Assembly (NCBI RefSeq): GCF_028641065.1
Contig: NC_073401.1
Location: forward strand, 20,026,001-20,090,000
DNA from: Leucoraja erinacea
Lineage: Eukaryota
Direction: 5' to 3'
DNA length: 64,000 bases
Positions 1-12,599 of the stretch are shown piece by piece; position 1 is the stretch's first letter, and every line of letters begins with the position of its first letter. The position numbers and the translations under genes are program-made. Under the pieces are notes generated by a model. That model was not told where the DNA came from, searched no databases, and saw nothing but the letters and a program-made list of their open reading frames with translations.

Positions 1-140
1 ATTGGGCAGTAATTAGCCGAACTGGGAACATGCTGCATTTTGTGACGAGGACAGACCTAGTCAGGCACAAAATTAAGGTATTGGAAGTACTATTGAGCTA
101 TAATTAAGAACTATAGAGAGGGTACTGAGCCTGGAAAGCC

Positions 141-1070
141 TTGCAGTTCCCCTCCACCTACATCAAGAAGGTGGCTTCACATGAAGATTCTCCACCATAT
201 TATCTTCTTATTGCTACCTTTGGGCAGGGGGTACAGAAGCTTCAAGACCACACCACCAGGTTTAGGAACAGCTACATTCCTACAACCATCAGGTTCTTAA
301 GCCAACCTGCACAACTTGACTGCAATAATGTTAAACTACAGACCACCTTTTGCACTATTATGGACTTGCTTTCTAATTGTGTTTTGCATTAATATATATT
401 TTTGCAGTCTTTTTCTTTTCTGTCTTGCAGAATCATTTGTGTTCTCTCAGCCCACGTGTCCGTGATGCTGCAGCAAGCAAATTTTCATTGTATCTGTACC
501 ACACAGTGCTCGTGCATATGACAATTAATTAGACAACTTTATCCTTTTGTCCTCGCTAGGACCTTGCCCAGGGAATGAATGTTTGCCCAAGGTTTCTCAC
601 AACTGAAAGTCAAGGCAGACCTGAAGACGCTGATTGTCCCCAGGCCAGCACTGTCCCTATACTCCCCTCCAACACTTACAGCCATCCAGGCCAAGCCCTC
701 TTCTAGCTGCTACCGGTAGGGAGGGGTACAGAAGCCTGAAGTCCAACACCACCAGTTCAGGAACTGTTACTTTCGCACAACCATCAGATTCTTGAATTGG
801 CCTGCACAACCCTAATCCTGCCTCGAAAATGGAACACTATTGATCACCACTAGTTCTAGCATTTACTTCTTTTCTGAATATTTTTTGCAGTAACATCTTA
901 TTTTTCAGTATTTTTCTTTTCACTATCCTGTAGAATTTGTGTGTAGATTCTGAAAAATTCATGTATTTGTATGTTGTCTGAGTTTATGTGCCTGTGATGT
1001 TGCTGCAAGATTTTAATTGTACCTGTACTTCATCTTACTTGTGGATGTGACAACAAACTCGACTTGATGA
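141..1070 (+). mobile_element. Two tandem decayed Rex-type LINE 3' ends (~141-540 and ~650-1070)
   Basis: TTRFRNSYIPTTIRFL motif; the two segments are similar to each other. Confidence 0.6.
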
Positions 1071-1104
1071 GAAATTTCACTTCTGCATGTCTATGAGGAA
1101 TAAG

Positions 1105-1360
1105 GTGGCACAGTGGAGCATTGGTAGAGTTGCTGCCTTATGGTGCCAGAGACCTGGGTTCGATCCTGACTACGGATGCTGCCTGAACGGAATTTGTACG
1201 TTCTCTGGGTGCCCAGGTTTCTGTCCACATCCTAAAGATGTGCGGGTAGGTTATTTGGCTTTGCAAATTTTCCCCAGTGTGTAGGATCGAACTTGTGTAT
1301 GGATGATCATTGGTCGGTGCAGGCTGGGTGGCATACTCTGTATCTCTAAACTAAACTAAT
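1105..1360 (+). mobile_element. tRNA-derived V-SINE with (CTAAA)n tail
   Basis: A-box/B-box-like ggtagagtt...gggttcgatcc; V-domain-like ggtttc..ccacatcctaaaga; related copies at ~4720-4900(-), 36400-36710, 50438-50790 and 59630-59790(-). Confidence 0.7.
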
Positions 1361-1456
1361 CCATTAAGGCCTGCTCTCCACAGAGTACAATACCAAAACA
1401 GGAATACTAAACATGTCCACAGCTACATATCTCTGACAGTATAAATTTGTGCATAC

Positions 1457-1649
1457 CTCTTTTTTCAGTGGTTCCATATATTCCCAAGAATTTAACCGGG
1501 GATCATAGCGCTCCACTGCATTTAATTCCTGGTGGTAGTCTCGACCTCCTATTGCATAGAGATACTCGCCCACTACACACACACAATGGTCAGCGTGTGG
1601 CTGTTGCATCGACTGGATTCTCATCCACCTGTTGTGCCGGGGATCGTAC
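1457..1649 (-). CDS. KLHL22: KLHL22 coding exon 4 (kelch repeats), 193 nt; remaining exons lie left of the window
   Basis: YDPRHNRWMRIQSMQQPHADHCVCVVGEYLYAIGGRDYHQELNAVERYDPRLNSWEYMEPLKKE; ttttaAG acceptor and GAG|GTATGC donor. Confidence 0.95.
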
Positions 1650-2164
1650 CTTAAAACGAGAGTTAAGCCAAAAAAATTCTCACTACTGTGAAGTTTTACC
1701 ACAGTACTCAACTCATAACACAGAGTCACAGCAGCTCAAATGCTTCTAGGTAAACATCACATGCATTGAAATGTAGCTTGTTCAAGGCCAAAACCAAGAA
1801 TGTACATTGAAAAGTCTTTAAAGAAGAGACGAAGCAATATTAATTTAGGAATAATAAAAACTAAACAGATGAGATAATTGAAATATTTACCAGTATATCA
1901 CCTTATTGATCGTAAACATACATATTATAAGACAGCATTCATCCTCATTGTAATGTTAAAAACAACAGCAAATTCTTTTAAAAGCCAGATTAACTCATGT
2001 TTGAGGAGGAAGACACAAAGCTTATGAACAAGAGAAGATACAAAACAGAGCATCATTATGGTGATACTTACCACATCCTGACAAACACCACAACTGAAAG
2101 AGCTGTGAAAAGGACAATGGTACTGACAGTGATGAAGCAGAACTGGGTGAGCTGACAACAAGGT

Positions 2165-2525
2165 GACTATACTCCACAGCAGGTAATGTAGCTAGACTAA
2201 GAGAGCAGGTTTACTGTATTGCACTCCATTAAAGTGGAAGAACTGGGAGCAGGTTAACATAGCACCATATCTCATAGTAAAGCAGGACAGGGAGATCGGG
2301 AGCAGGATTATTGGACTCCACACCCTGTAATACAGCGTGAATGTGCGATCACGTATTGGATCACAGTAACTGGGAGACTCGGGTAGGGTCACTGTACCCC
2401 ACTGCCCATAATACAATGTAACCAGGAGATTGGGAACAGGGTCAATGTACTCCACAGCCTGTAATACAGTGGGACTGAGAGATCAGTGGCAGAAGCACTG
2501 TACTCCACAGTACTGTAATAGTATA
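2165..2525. repeat. Degenerate ~50-bp tandem repeat in a KLHL22 intron
   Basis: Recurring (g)tactccacagc..gtaatacag...gagat motif. Confidence 0.5.
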
Positions 2526-3756
2526 CGAGCCAACCTTCCATATTATTGACTGCGACTGCCAAAGTCCTAAGGGATTAGATGGAGCAGAATTTGTTATGTG
2601 TGTCCAGCAAAGTTTTCTCAAGCAATATGCACGTGGCCCTACTAAGTGAGAGGTCAGCATTTAACCTCCTCTCAGGAAATTAGGCTGGGCAAGTGGTTGA
2701 AGTGTCAGCGTGGGAGCGCTTTAGGACCAATGACCATAATTCTAAAAAAAATAGGACTGGTCCACACATCAAAGCCCTAAAGTTGGGCAAGGCTAAATGT
2801 CGATTTGGAGAGGCTGTTTGCAGTTAAAGGGACGTCAGCAAATGGGAAGCTTTTTAAAGTGAAAAAAGGAGATGTCAAGGCCAACATGTTGGCTAGCAAG
2901 ATTAGTGAAATCTGGTTGACAAGGGGCATTGAGCATCTGGTCAGGTAAAGGAGACATATGTCATGTGGGCAGCCTGGATCAAGCTATCCCTAGAGGAGTA
3001 TAAGGGATGTAGGAGTACATTTAAGAAGGAAATCTGAAGGGCACACAGGTGGCAAAATATATCCTTGGCAGATAAAGTAAAGAACCTTAAAAAAAACACT
3101 ATAATAAGAGCAAAAGAGTAGAAGCAAAAGACTGCAGATGCCTGAATCTAGCAAAAAAAGAGAGCAGTTGGGGGAACTCAGTGTGTCAGACAGCGACCCT
3201 CCCCTGTCCCCTTCCACCTTTACCTCTACCTCCGGTTTTACATTTCACTTCTCTTTCTTCCTTATCTCTCACCCTGTATTCTCCATTTCCCCTGTGGCCT
3301 GGAAAGTTAGATCATATGAGATCCTGGATGAGCTAATCAATTGGATACAGAATTGGCTTGGTGCAAAAAAGTCAGAAATTGAAAGTGGAGGTTTATTTTG
3401 CAGGGGGGAAAAAAGGCCTGTGATCAGTGGTGTACAGAAGATAAAACAGTACAGCACAGGAACAAGCCCTACGGCCCACAATGACTGACGAACATAATGC
3501 CAAGATAAAATAATTTAATCTCATCACGAGAGAAGTCTGACGGGCAAGGCAGATGAACTCAGATTGTGAATAGGTGCGTGCAACTGGGCTGCTGTTGTCA
3601 TTACAGAAAACCTGTTAAAAGAGGGATGTTGGAAGAAAAGGAGGAGGAATGGAGAAGCAGGTTGATAACTGGTGAATGATTACAATGTTAGAATATACAA
3701 GCTATTCACTAAAATGTATTCTCTGGTGTACAATAGAAATAGAATTGATGTCATAC

Positions 3757-4475
3757 CTCCAGCAGTTCACCTCTGCTCTATATCCTGCAGTGTTGTTGTC
3801 CCCTCCCACAAGATAAGCAAAATTATTTAAAACAGCAATGCCCTGGTTTGACATCTTTGGCATCTGTGCCTGGGTTAACGTTCGCCATTCCTGGCTTAAT
3901 GGGCTCAGAAACTTGACTTCATCACTCAAGTCTTCATCCTGGGGAGAATACATCCCTCCAAATCCCACCACGCATTTGAATTCTGATCTCAACTGTGTCT
4001 GTGGTGTCTGAAGGACGGGTTGGAGGATCTCATTCTGGTGATAGGCCAGGGCATCTGCTAGAACCTCCTTGAGAGGACAAGGGCTCAGTCGATTGTACAG
4101 TTTCTGAAATGTCTGCTGCTCAATCAGCGCAAAACGGACCATCTCCAGCAGCTTTGGTGGGTCATGCAAGGAAACCCGGTCTCTCTCGATCTCCTCCTGC
4201 GTGTAGTGGTATAGCAAGGCAGCTTCATAGACATCTTTCTCAGAGTTTGCATGCAGTTTGTCACTGCTCAGCAGGCTCTGCACTTTGGCCAGGGGCAATC
4301 GACGGTAGGTCTCCGTTTTGCTGAAACTCAGAAAGTTTTCCAGGATGTAGAAGTCGATTCTGTCATTCAACTGTGTTAGATTGTAGTGCTCAGCCAACCT
4401 GTACAGCTCAAGAATGTTCTCGTCATCAATCCAGGAAACGAGGAAGTCACAGCAGAAATCAATCACCTCTGGAAT
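3757..4475 (-). CDS. KLHL22: KLHL22 coding exon 3 (BACK domain and first kelch repeats), 719 nt
   Basis: IPEVIDFCCDFLVSWIDDENIL...MSNQGIAVLNNFAYLVGGDNN...AEVNCWR; tccAG acceptor and AG|GTATGA donor. Confidence 0.96.
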
Positions 4476-5625
4476 CTGGATCAAGTAAACAGGTGTTAGC
4501 ATTCAAAATCATGCACAAACCGGTTCCACTAAGAAATGTGTCTCAATTTGGCAACAGACATGAAGATGAAAGTCAGGCAGCATGTACGCAGTCCCTTAAG
4601 CCCACCGAGACTTCACCGACCATCAAGTATTCATTTACTCTAATTCTGCACAATCTCATTTTTTATTATCCTCATATTTTTATCAACTGCTCCACCTCCC
4701 CCCACCATTCAGATTCTATCACCTCCACTTTAGGGGTAATTTAGTGGCCAATTAAACAATCAACCCCCGCACTACAGGATGTTGGAGGAAGTACTCACTC
4801 ACAGGGGAAAATGTACAAACTGCACACTCAGCACCTAAGGCCAGGATTGAACCCAGATTGTTGAGCTGTGGGACAACAGCTCTCACTGTGCCAATGTGCC
4901 ATTATAGAATTGGCTTACCATAATCCTCCTGGGACATGATCAGTGAAACAAGGTAGCTGTTGGAATGTGATCATGTATGCTTACGCTGAATGAACATTCC
5001 CGATATCACTTATTTATGGAAAGGGAACAACAAGATTATAAATGTATGGTCTGACCCTGGGAACAAGATATATACTTGAAAAGGACTGTGTTGGACAAGA
5101 TCTGAAGTGATACCAAATCAACAATAACTGCATTTCAAAAACACTTTGGACTATCCTGGAGCATTGAAAGTTGCCATTTAAACAGATTGTTTACTTTATT
5201 TTGACAATGGACAAATTTGCAGTTTTAATGTAGAATAAAATGATGCAATTTTGCAACATATTGTTCAGCATTCACTACAGAGCCAGGGGTCATTTTTGAC
5301 ACTGAACCGATAGAAGTATTAAATTTAATTAGACACAAAATCCAAATGAAATGTACAAAATTGCAGTGCCACAAACTGGCAAGTAATGTTTAACCGCTGG
5401 AATTTATGTAGCCTGTTTATGAAAACATATCATGAACGTTTCCAAGATCACTGTGCTGTCAGGAAATTAATTCAATGGATGTGGGTAGCATTGTCCAGAC
5501 AAACATTTTTTGCCATCCTACACTCCATTACTGAGAAGGTAGCCCAGCACTGTTGAAGTTCTGAAGTCACTGGAGAAGACAACTGATTTTCTTCTCTTAA
5601 AGGACATCCATCAGTGGTAGTGTTA

Positions 5626-7775
5626 AACCCCCTTTTCACGGGGCGACTTGACGCAAGAGGTAACCAGAGTTTAACATCGTGGGAACCTCGTGCGATAACA
5701 GTACGGCATTCGTGGACCACCGTGGTGCTAACGGCAGGTAATCGTGTAACTTGGGTACTCGGGAGAAAATTCAAACATGTTTGAATTTGTCCAAGTGTGA
5801 CTTGTACACTTGTGGTTGAGCATTGCAACATTTTATGAACGTAGTGGCCAGTGCGATATCCGTAGTAACTCTTGCGGTTACCGTGGGAACTCCTGCGAAC
5901 GGTGAACCCGGAAGTTGGATAGAGTGAATCCAGCCAGTTTGCTATTTACATACAAATCTAATAAAACTAGCTAACAAGCATTTCATTAATGTCAGTGTGT
6001 CTCTTTTTGTCTGAAAGCAGTTTCTAACTGGAGGAACTCCGCGGGCCAGGCAGCATCTACGGAGGGAAATTGACAGGCGAGCCTTTCCTCAGGCTGCCTT
6101 ATCTCTCTAACCCCCCCCCCCCAACTCCCACCCACACACACAAATGCTGGAGAAACTCAGCGGGTGCAGCAGCATCTATGGAACGAAGGAAATAGGCAAT
6201 GTTTCGGCCCGAAAAGTTGCTTATTTCTTGTGTATGTGTCGGAAGGAACAGCAGATGCCGGTTTAAAGAGAATGAGTAACTCAACGGCAGGCAGCATCTT
6301 TTGGGAGAAGGAATGGGTGACATTTCGGGTCGAGACCCTTCTGATATGCTGCTTGTCCCGCTGAGCTACATGTTGTGTCTATCTTCGTTTTAATCCAGCA
6401 TCTGCAGTTCCTTCCTGGCCGAACCCGATTGAAAGATGAGAGGCTGGGCGATAGAAATCATTAATTGAATTAAATAACTAGATACCTGTCTAATCGTATC
6501 TACAGGATTGGACAGGCTAGATGGAGGAAGAATGTTCCCGATGTTGGGGGAGTCCAGAACCAGGGTCCCAGTTTTACAGTCTACCGTGGGAACTCTTTAA
6601 TTACAGCGGGAAACCTTCAGTTTCCCAGGGGGTCGGGACGGGACTGGAGTTGGGAGGGAAAGGTGGGGGAGTCGAGGGAGAGGAGGGGGAGACAGATGGG
6701 GGTGTCTTCATTTACTGGCGGTGGGTGTCTGTCACTGAAACAGGCAGGTGAGATTTCGCATCCACCTTGTGTGTGCCTCTCTCTCTCTCTCTCCCTCCCT
6801 CCCTCCCATCTCACACAGGCATGAATGGAGGAACTCCGCGGGCCAGGCAGCATTTACGGAGGGAAATGGACAGGCGACCCATTCTTCAGGCTGCCTTATG
6901 TCTCTCTCCCCCCCCCAACTCCCACCCACACACGTGAATGCTGGAGAAACTCCGCGGGTGCAGCAGCATCTATGGAACGAAGGAAATAGACAACGTTTCG
7001 GCCCCGCTGCACCCGCTGAGTTTCTCCAGCATTCGTGTGTGTGGGTGGGAGTTGGGGGGGGGGGGGGGAGAGAGACATAAGGCAGCCTGAAGAATGGGTC
7101 GCCTGTCCATTTCCCTCCGTAATTGCTGCCTGGCCCGCGGAGTTCCTCCAGTCATGCCTGTGTGAGAGGGAGGGAGGGAGAGAGACAGAGAGAGAGAGAG
7201 AGAGGCAGTCCTGGTCAGTCCTTTTTGAAGATAGACACCAGTTGCTTGGAGCAACTCAGCGGGACAGGCAGCATCTCTGGAGAGAAGGAACGGGTGGCGT
7301 TTCGGGTCGAGAGCCTTCTTCAGACTGAAAGTTTCACCTCTCAGTAGATCATAAAATAACACAATCATCACGGTCAATGTGAGACACAGTCTTTATTCAT
7401 ATTTGACAAAATAAAAAGACGACTTCTTGCACATATTGAGAGAAGGTGCATCACACCAAACAACATTTGTCTAAAAAAAACATAGATTATTCTTCAGCTC
7501 ATTAAAGAGCTCGGGTGAAAAAAACCAATATAGTGTGTGACAACAAAGTAACATCATTTGTGCCACGTGATTAACTACACTACAGTCCACGATGTTCATT
7601 CACGATTAACGGGAAAGATCGGGAGACGGACAAGTCACTCGCACAAATGACAGAATTGCCGAGTACCGTGGGAACTCTTTACTCTACCCCCGTTATATCG
7701 TGTGATATCGTGCTAGACCACGACCACTCCACTCTGGCTACATCTTGCGTCAAGTCGCCCCGTGAAAACTAGCCA
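5626..7775. mobile_element. Non-autonomous PIF/Harbinger-like DNA element with internal repeat cargo
   Basis: TIR ttttcacggggcgacttgacgcaaga (5633) and its reverse complement (7743-7768); TTA at 5623-5625 and 7776-7778 as a 3-bp TSD. Confidence 0.75.
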
Positions 7776-9445
7776 TTATGCTCAATGCAGATGAGTTAAT
7801 TACCTGAATTTGAACTCCCCAACTACACCAGTGAGAGAATGAAATCTCTCCAGAAGTCTCCAGGTTTCTGGATTGCTTCCAATAATTTATCTCACCTTGA
7901 TGACTGTTGGGAATTGCATTGAATTAGAGCAGGAACAGGCTCTTTTGATTTAACAACTTATTCATAATTTGTCTCACAAGAGCAACAGCACATGGAAGAG
8001 ATTTTGAGGGCTGACATAAGCTTCTGTGGAACCATAGTTTCTGCAGGAGTCAGTGCCTCCAGATAGACAAGGTAACAAATGAAAAATGACAGAATGACAA
8101 AGAAAACCTAGTTCACATTCATTTTTTAACCATTTTCCTGGTTTAAGCAATGATTTAAAGCAAGTTCGATGATTAATAGTTATATTATCTGATATTCTAT
8201 TACCCAAGTCCAAAGGTTTCAGGTTTTAATTAGTAGATGAGTAAAATTGCATTGAAATAGCAAACTTAATGTAGTTAAAAGGTCAGTCGGGTGCTTCAAG
8301 AAGTGTTATCAGATGAATTATGTCAGCCTCAATCAGAGGGGGAGAGTGTCTTTCAGACAGATAGGCAAAGATGTTTATAAAGGAAGTCAAAGAAGTTTGA
8401 GGAGAGAACTCCAGAGTTTAGTGCCTTGTAAGCATAAAGTACAGTTGCCAAAGGTGTAATGAAGGAAGTAGAGGGGCACAGGAAGCCAGAATAGCAGCAA
8501 TGGAGAGATTTGGAAGATTTGTCCACTTGAAGGCTGTTCCAGATACAGAGAGAGAGGAGGGAGGAGGCTAAAAGGGAACAGGCAATGATCTAGCAAATGG
8601 ACCAGTGTGGGAAAATATGAAACTGCCCATTTTGGTAAAACAATTACAGATGTATATTATCTAAATGGTTACAGGTAATGGTGAAGCTCTGAGTCTTTCA
8701 AACTCTTTCTCAAAGGGCATTGGAGTTCAAGTCTTTGAATATTTTTATAGTTCTGGATGAGCAAAGCAGTGAAAGGTACTGTGGTAGGCACCTTTATTTT
8801 CCAGCTTTTTACCCCTACTACAATCAGTTTGAAGAAGGACTCTGCTCTGAAACATCGCTTGTCCATTCCTCCACAGATTCTGCCAGACCCGCTGAGTTAC
8901 TCCAGCGCTTTGTGTTTTACTTTTTGAATGGATTTACAAAGTAGCCTTATGCCACCTAGTGACTGAAAATGAATAATGCAGAAAAACATTAGAAAAAATG
9001 TTCTTCAATTAAAACTCAGCTGGCAGCTGATTATATAGGAATCTTGATAAAAAGGATTACAAGTCTAAGGACAGGACACAATGGTCATTTTTTGCACTGG
9101 AACCTTAACTCTCCGTTTCATATCCATGTCTCTGGTATCCAAAGATCTCTATTAAAGCATATTGCTCCTGTGACTAACTCTCCCACACAAGATCATTCTT
9201 CCAACTTCTTATTCAACCATCCCTCCAGCAGTTGTATGCTCCCATAAAAGCCAACCACTCCACCTTTTTAGTGTCCTAACTCTTTCTCAAAATCTAATCC
9301 TGTACCCCAGCTCTCCAATGAAGCTGCCTGCAAAATTGCTCACTGAAGCTCAAATTTCTATTCCTTTAACCAAGCACACAGCTGACAATAGCCTGTGTCC
9401 TTTGTCATCTTTACTTTTTTGCATATCTTTCATTAATTTGTTTTA

Positions 9446-11073
9446 CAGTGCCCTCCATAATGTTTGGGACAAAGATCCGTCATTTATTTATTTGCCTCTG
9501 TACTCCACAATTTGAGATTTCTAATAGAAAAAAATCACGTGGTTAAAGTGCACATTGTCAAATTTTAATAAAGGCCATTTTTATACATTTTGGTTTCACC
9601 ATGTAGAAATTACAGCAGTGTTTATATATAGTCCACCCATTTCAGGGCACCATAATGTTTGCAATGCCATGTAAATGAAAGTTGTCATGTTTAGTATTTG
9701 GTTGCTTATCCTTTGCATGCAATGACTGCTTGAAGTATGCGATTCATGGACATCACCAGTTGCTGGGTGTCTTCTTTGGTGATGCTCTGACAGGCCTGTA
9801 TTGCAGCCATCTTTAACTTATGCTTGTTTTGGGGGCTAGTCCCCTTCAGTTTTCTTTTCAGTGTATAAAAGGCAGGTTCAGATCAGGTGATTGACTTGGC
9901 CACTCAAGAATTTACCATTCTTTAGCTTTGAAAAACTCCTTTGTTACTTTAGCAGTATGTTTGGGATCATTGTGTTGCTGTAGAATGAACCGCCGGCCAA
10001 TGAGTATTGAGGCATTTGTTTGAACTTGAGCAGATAGGATGTGTCTATACACTTCAGACTTCATTATGCTACTACCATCAGCAGTTGTATCATCAATGAA
10101 GATAAGTGAGCCAGTACCTGCAGCAGCCATTCATGCCCAGGCCATAACACCCCCGCATCCGTGTTTCACAGATGAGGTGGTATGCTTTGGATCTTGGGCA
10201 GTTCCTTCTCTCCTCCAAACTTTGCTCTTGTCTTAACTCTGATATAAGTTAATCTTCGTCTCATCTGTTCACAAGACCTTTTTCCAGAACTGTGGTTGCT
10301 CCTTTAAATACTTCATGGCAAACTGTAACCTGGCCATCCAATTTTTGCAGCTAACCAGTGGTTTGCATCTTGAAGTGTAGCCTCTGTATTTCTGTTCATT
10401 AAGTCTTCTGTGGACAGTGGTCATTGACAAATCCATATCTGACTCATGAAGAGTGTTTCTGATCTGTCAGACAGGTGTTTGGGGATTTTTCTTTATTATA
10501 GAGAGAATTCTTCTGTCATCAGCAGTGGAGGTCTTCCTTGGCCCACCAGTCCTTTGCGATTATTAAGCTCACCTGTGCTCTCTTTCTTACTAATGATGTT
10601 CTAAACAGTTGATTTTGGTAAGCCTAAGGTTTGGCTGATGTCTCTAACAGTTTTATTATTGTTTCTAGTCTCATAATGGCTTATTTGACTTTCATTGGCA
10701 CAAGTTTGGTCCTCATGTTGATAAACAGTAATAAAAGTTTCCAAAGGTGATGGAAAGACTGGAGGAAAGACTAGGTGCGGAAAGCTCACATACCTGCATT
10801 CAAGAGGCAATTAAACACACTTGAGCAATTACAAATGCCTGTGAAGCCATGTGTCACAAACATTATGGTGCCCTGAAATGGGGGGGGACTATGTATAAAC
10901 ACAGCTGCAATTTCTACATGGTGAAACCAAAATGTATAAAAATATCCTTTAATAAAATTTGACAAAGTGCACTTTAACCACATGTGATGTTTTCTATTAC
11001 AAATCTCAAATTGTGGAGTACAGAGGCAAATAAATAAATGATGGATCTGTCCCAAACATTATGGAGGGCACTA
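9446..11073 (-). mobile_element. Full-length but decayed Tc1/mariner DNA transposon with long IR/DR-type TIRs
   Basis: TA|CAGTGCCCTCCATAATGTTTGGGAC...GTCCCAAACATTATGGAGGGCACTA|TA; ~220-bp TIRs with an inner direct repeat; transposase fragments ...FILQQHNDPKHTAK and ...DISQTLGLPKSTV; frameshifted. Confidence 0.93.
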
Positions 11074-11359
11074 TATATCTCTCTACATCTATAACTCTCG
11101 TTTCCCTTTCCCGACTCTTAGTCTCATGGAGGATCTCGACCCGAAAACATCAGCTATTCCCTTTCTCCTGAAATGCTGTCTGACCCGCTGAGTTACTCCA
11201 GCTTTTTGTATCTTTCTATTCAAGAGTCCTTAGTGTTTTTACATGAGTGAAATGTCTGACAGTCCATTTCAGAATTGATATCTTTCTAATTAAGTAATTT
11301 GCATCTTAATGAAAGGTTCTGTAACATGTACTATCCAGCTTGTTTATCTACCAGAGAAC

Positions 11360-11990
11360 TACTGTGGCCTCACAGGTCAACAAGGCTTTCGGCACATTGG
11401 GTTTCATCTGTCAGAGTACTGAGTATAGAAGTTGGGAGATTATGTTGCAGTTGTACAAGACATTGGTGAGGCCACATTTGGATATTGTGCTCAGTTTTAG
11501 TCACCGTGAAATAGGAAAAATGTTAAGCTGGAAAGGGTGCACAGACGATTTACGAAGATGTCGCTAACACTCGAGGGCCTGATCAGGCTAGGACTTCCTT
11601 GGAGGGCTAGAGGATGAGGGGTTATCTTATAGAGGTAAATGCGCAGAGTCCTTTACCCAGAGTATGAGAATCAAGAACCAGAGGACATTGGTTTAAGGTG
11701 AGGTGCAGGAAGATTTAATAGGAATCCGAGGGGCAGAATTTTACACAAAGAGTGGTAAGTATATGGAACAAGTTCAGCCATGATCACAATGAATGGCGGT
11801 GCTGGCTCGAAAGGCCGAATGCCCTAGTTGTGGCAGGTACTATCAGAACATTTGAAACACATTTGGACAGGTACATGGATATAATAGGTTTATAAGGATA
11901 TCTGCAAGCAGGTGCGACTAATGTATATGGGGCATGTTGGTGGTCGTGGGCAGGTTGGGCCGAAAAGCCTGTTTCCGTGCTGTATGACTA
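11360..11990 (+). mobile_element. CR1 LINE fragment; other CR1 pieces at ~2640-3120, 13940-14165, 16255-16700(-), 22320-22960(-) and 25240-25690
   Basis: MLQLYKTLVRPHL and KFADDTKI motifs in the ORF track. Confidence 0.75.
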
Positions 11991-12433
11991 CTATATCCCA
12001 CAGCCAAAGAGGTGGAATGTACCACTCAGACCTTAATGCTGTAAATGCACCACAAGGAGGGGGGAAGGGTCAACTCTGATGTGATTCTCCATTATCAAAT
12101 AGAACTACATCTAAAATCAAGGTTATTTGGTGAGAGTTGGTGGGAAATATTTTGATTCAGGACCAGATTTGACACAACCAAAAATTGATTCAGTTAAAGG
12201 GGTCCTATGAAGCCCTTCCACTTGAAGTACATCTGTAGATCCAGCAGATCCTGAAATCCTTGTGATAGGATATTCTGATTTGTCTCAATTCTCGTGAAAA
12301 CTTTGATGCATCCCATGAGACCAAACCCCATGAACTTGTAATCATATTAAATTGTGTAATTCCTGGTTGGCATACTACTCCCTCAATTAGTGTTTGTAAT
12401 CAAGCCTGTGGGGGAAATATATTAGTCCATTAC

Positions 12434-12599
12434 CTGTAGCTGACAAGCAGCCACCAGCACATCCTGCACGTTGTCCAGATTCAACTCCATTTTGGAAGTG
12501 TAAATAAAGTCCAAAATTTTGCACATGACCGCATAGGATATGTCATGCAAAAATATTTCCTTCTCCTGCATCTCCCGCAGTCCACCAGCAAACATTCCT
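12434..12599 (-). CDS. KLHL22: KLHL22 coding exon 2 (BTB domain), 166 nt
   Basis: tttacAG|A-GGA-ATG (R-GMFAGGLREMQEKEIFLHDISY...LVAACQLQ)|GTAATG; the frame joins the previous exon (203+166 nt = 123 codons). Confidence 0.95.

Noticed and set aside
1105-1200. tRNA gene
   Set aside because: tRNA-like head of a V-SINE; no intact cloverleaf, and it continues into SINE body and tail
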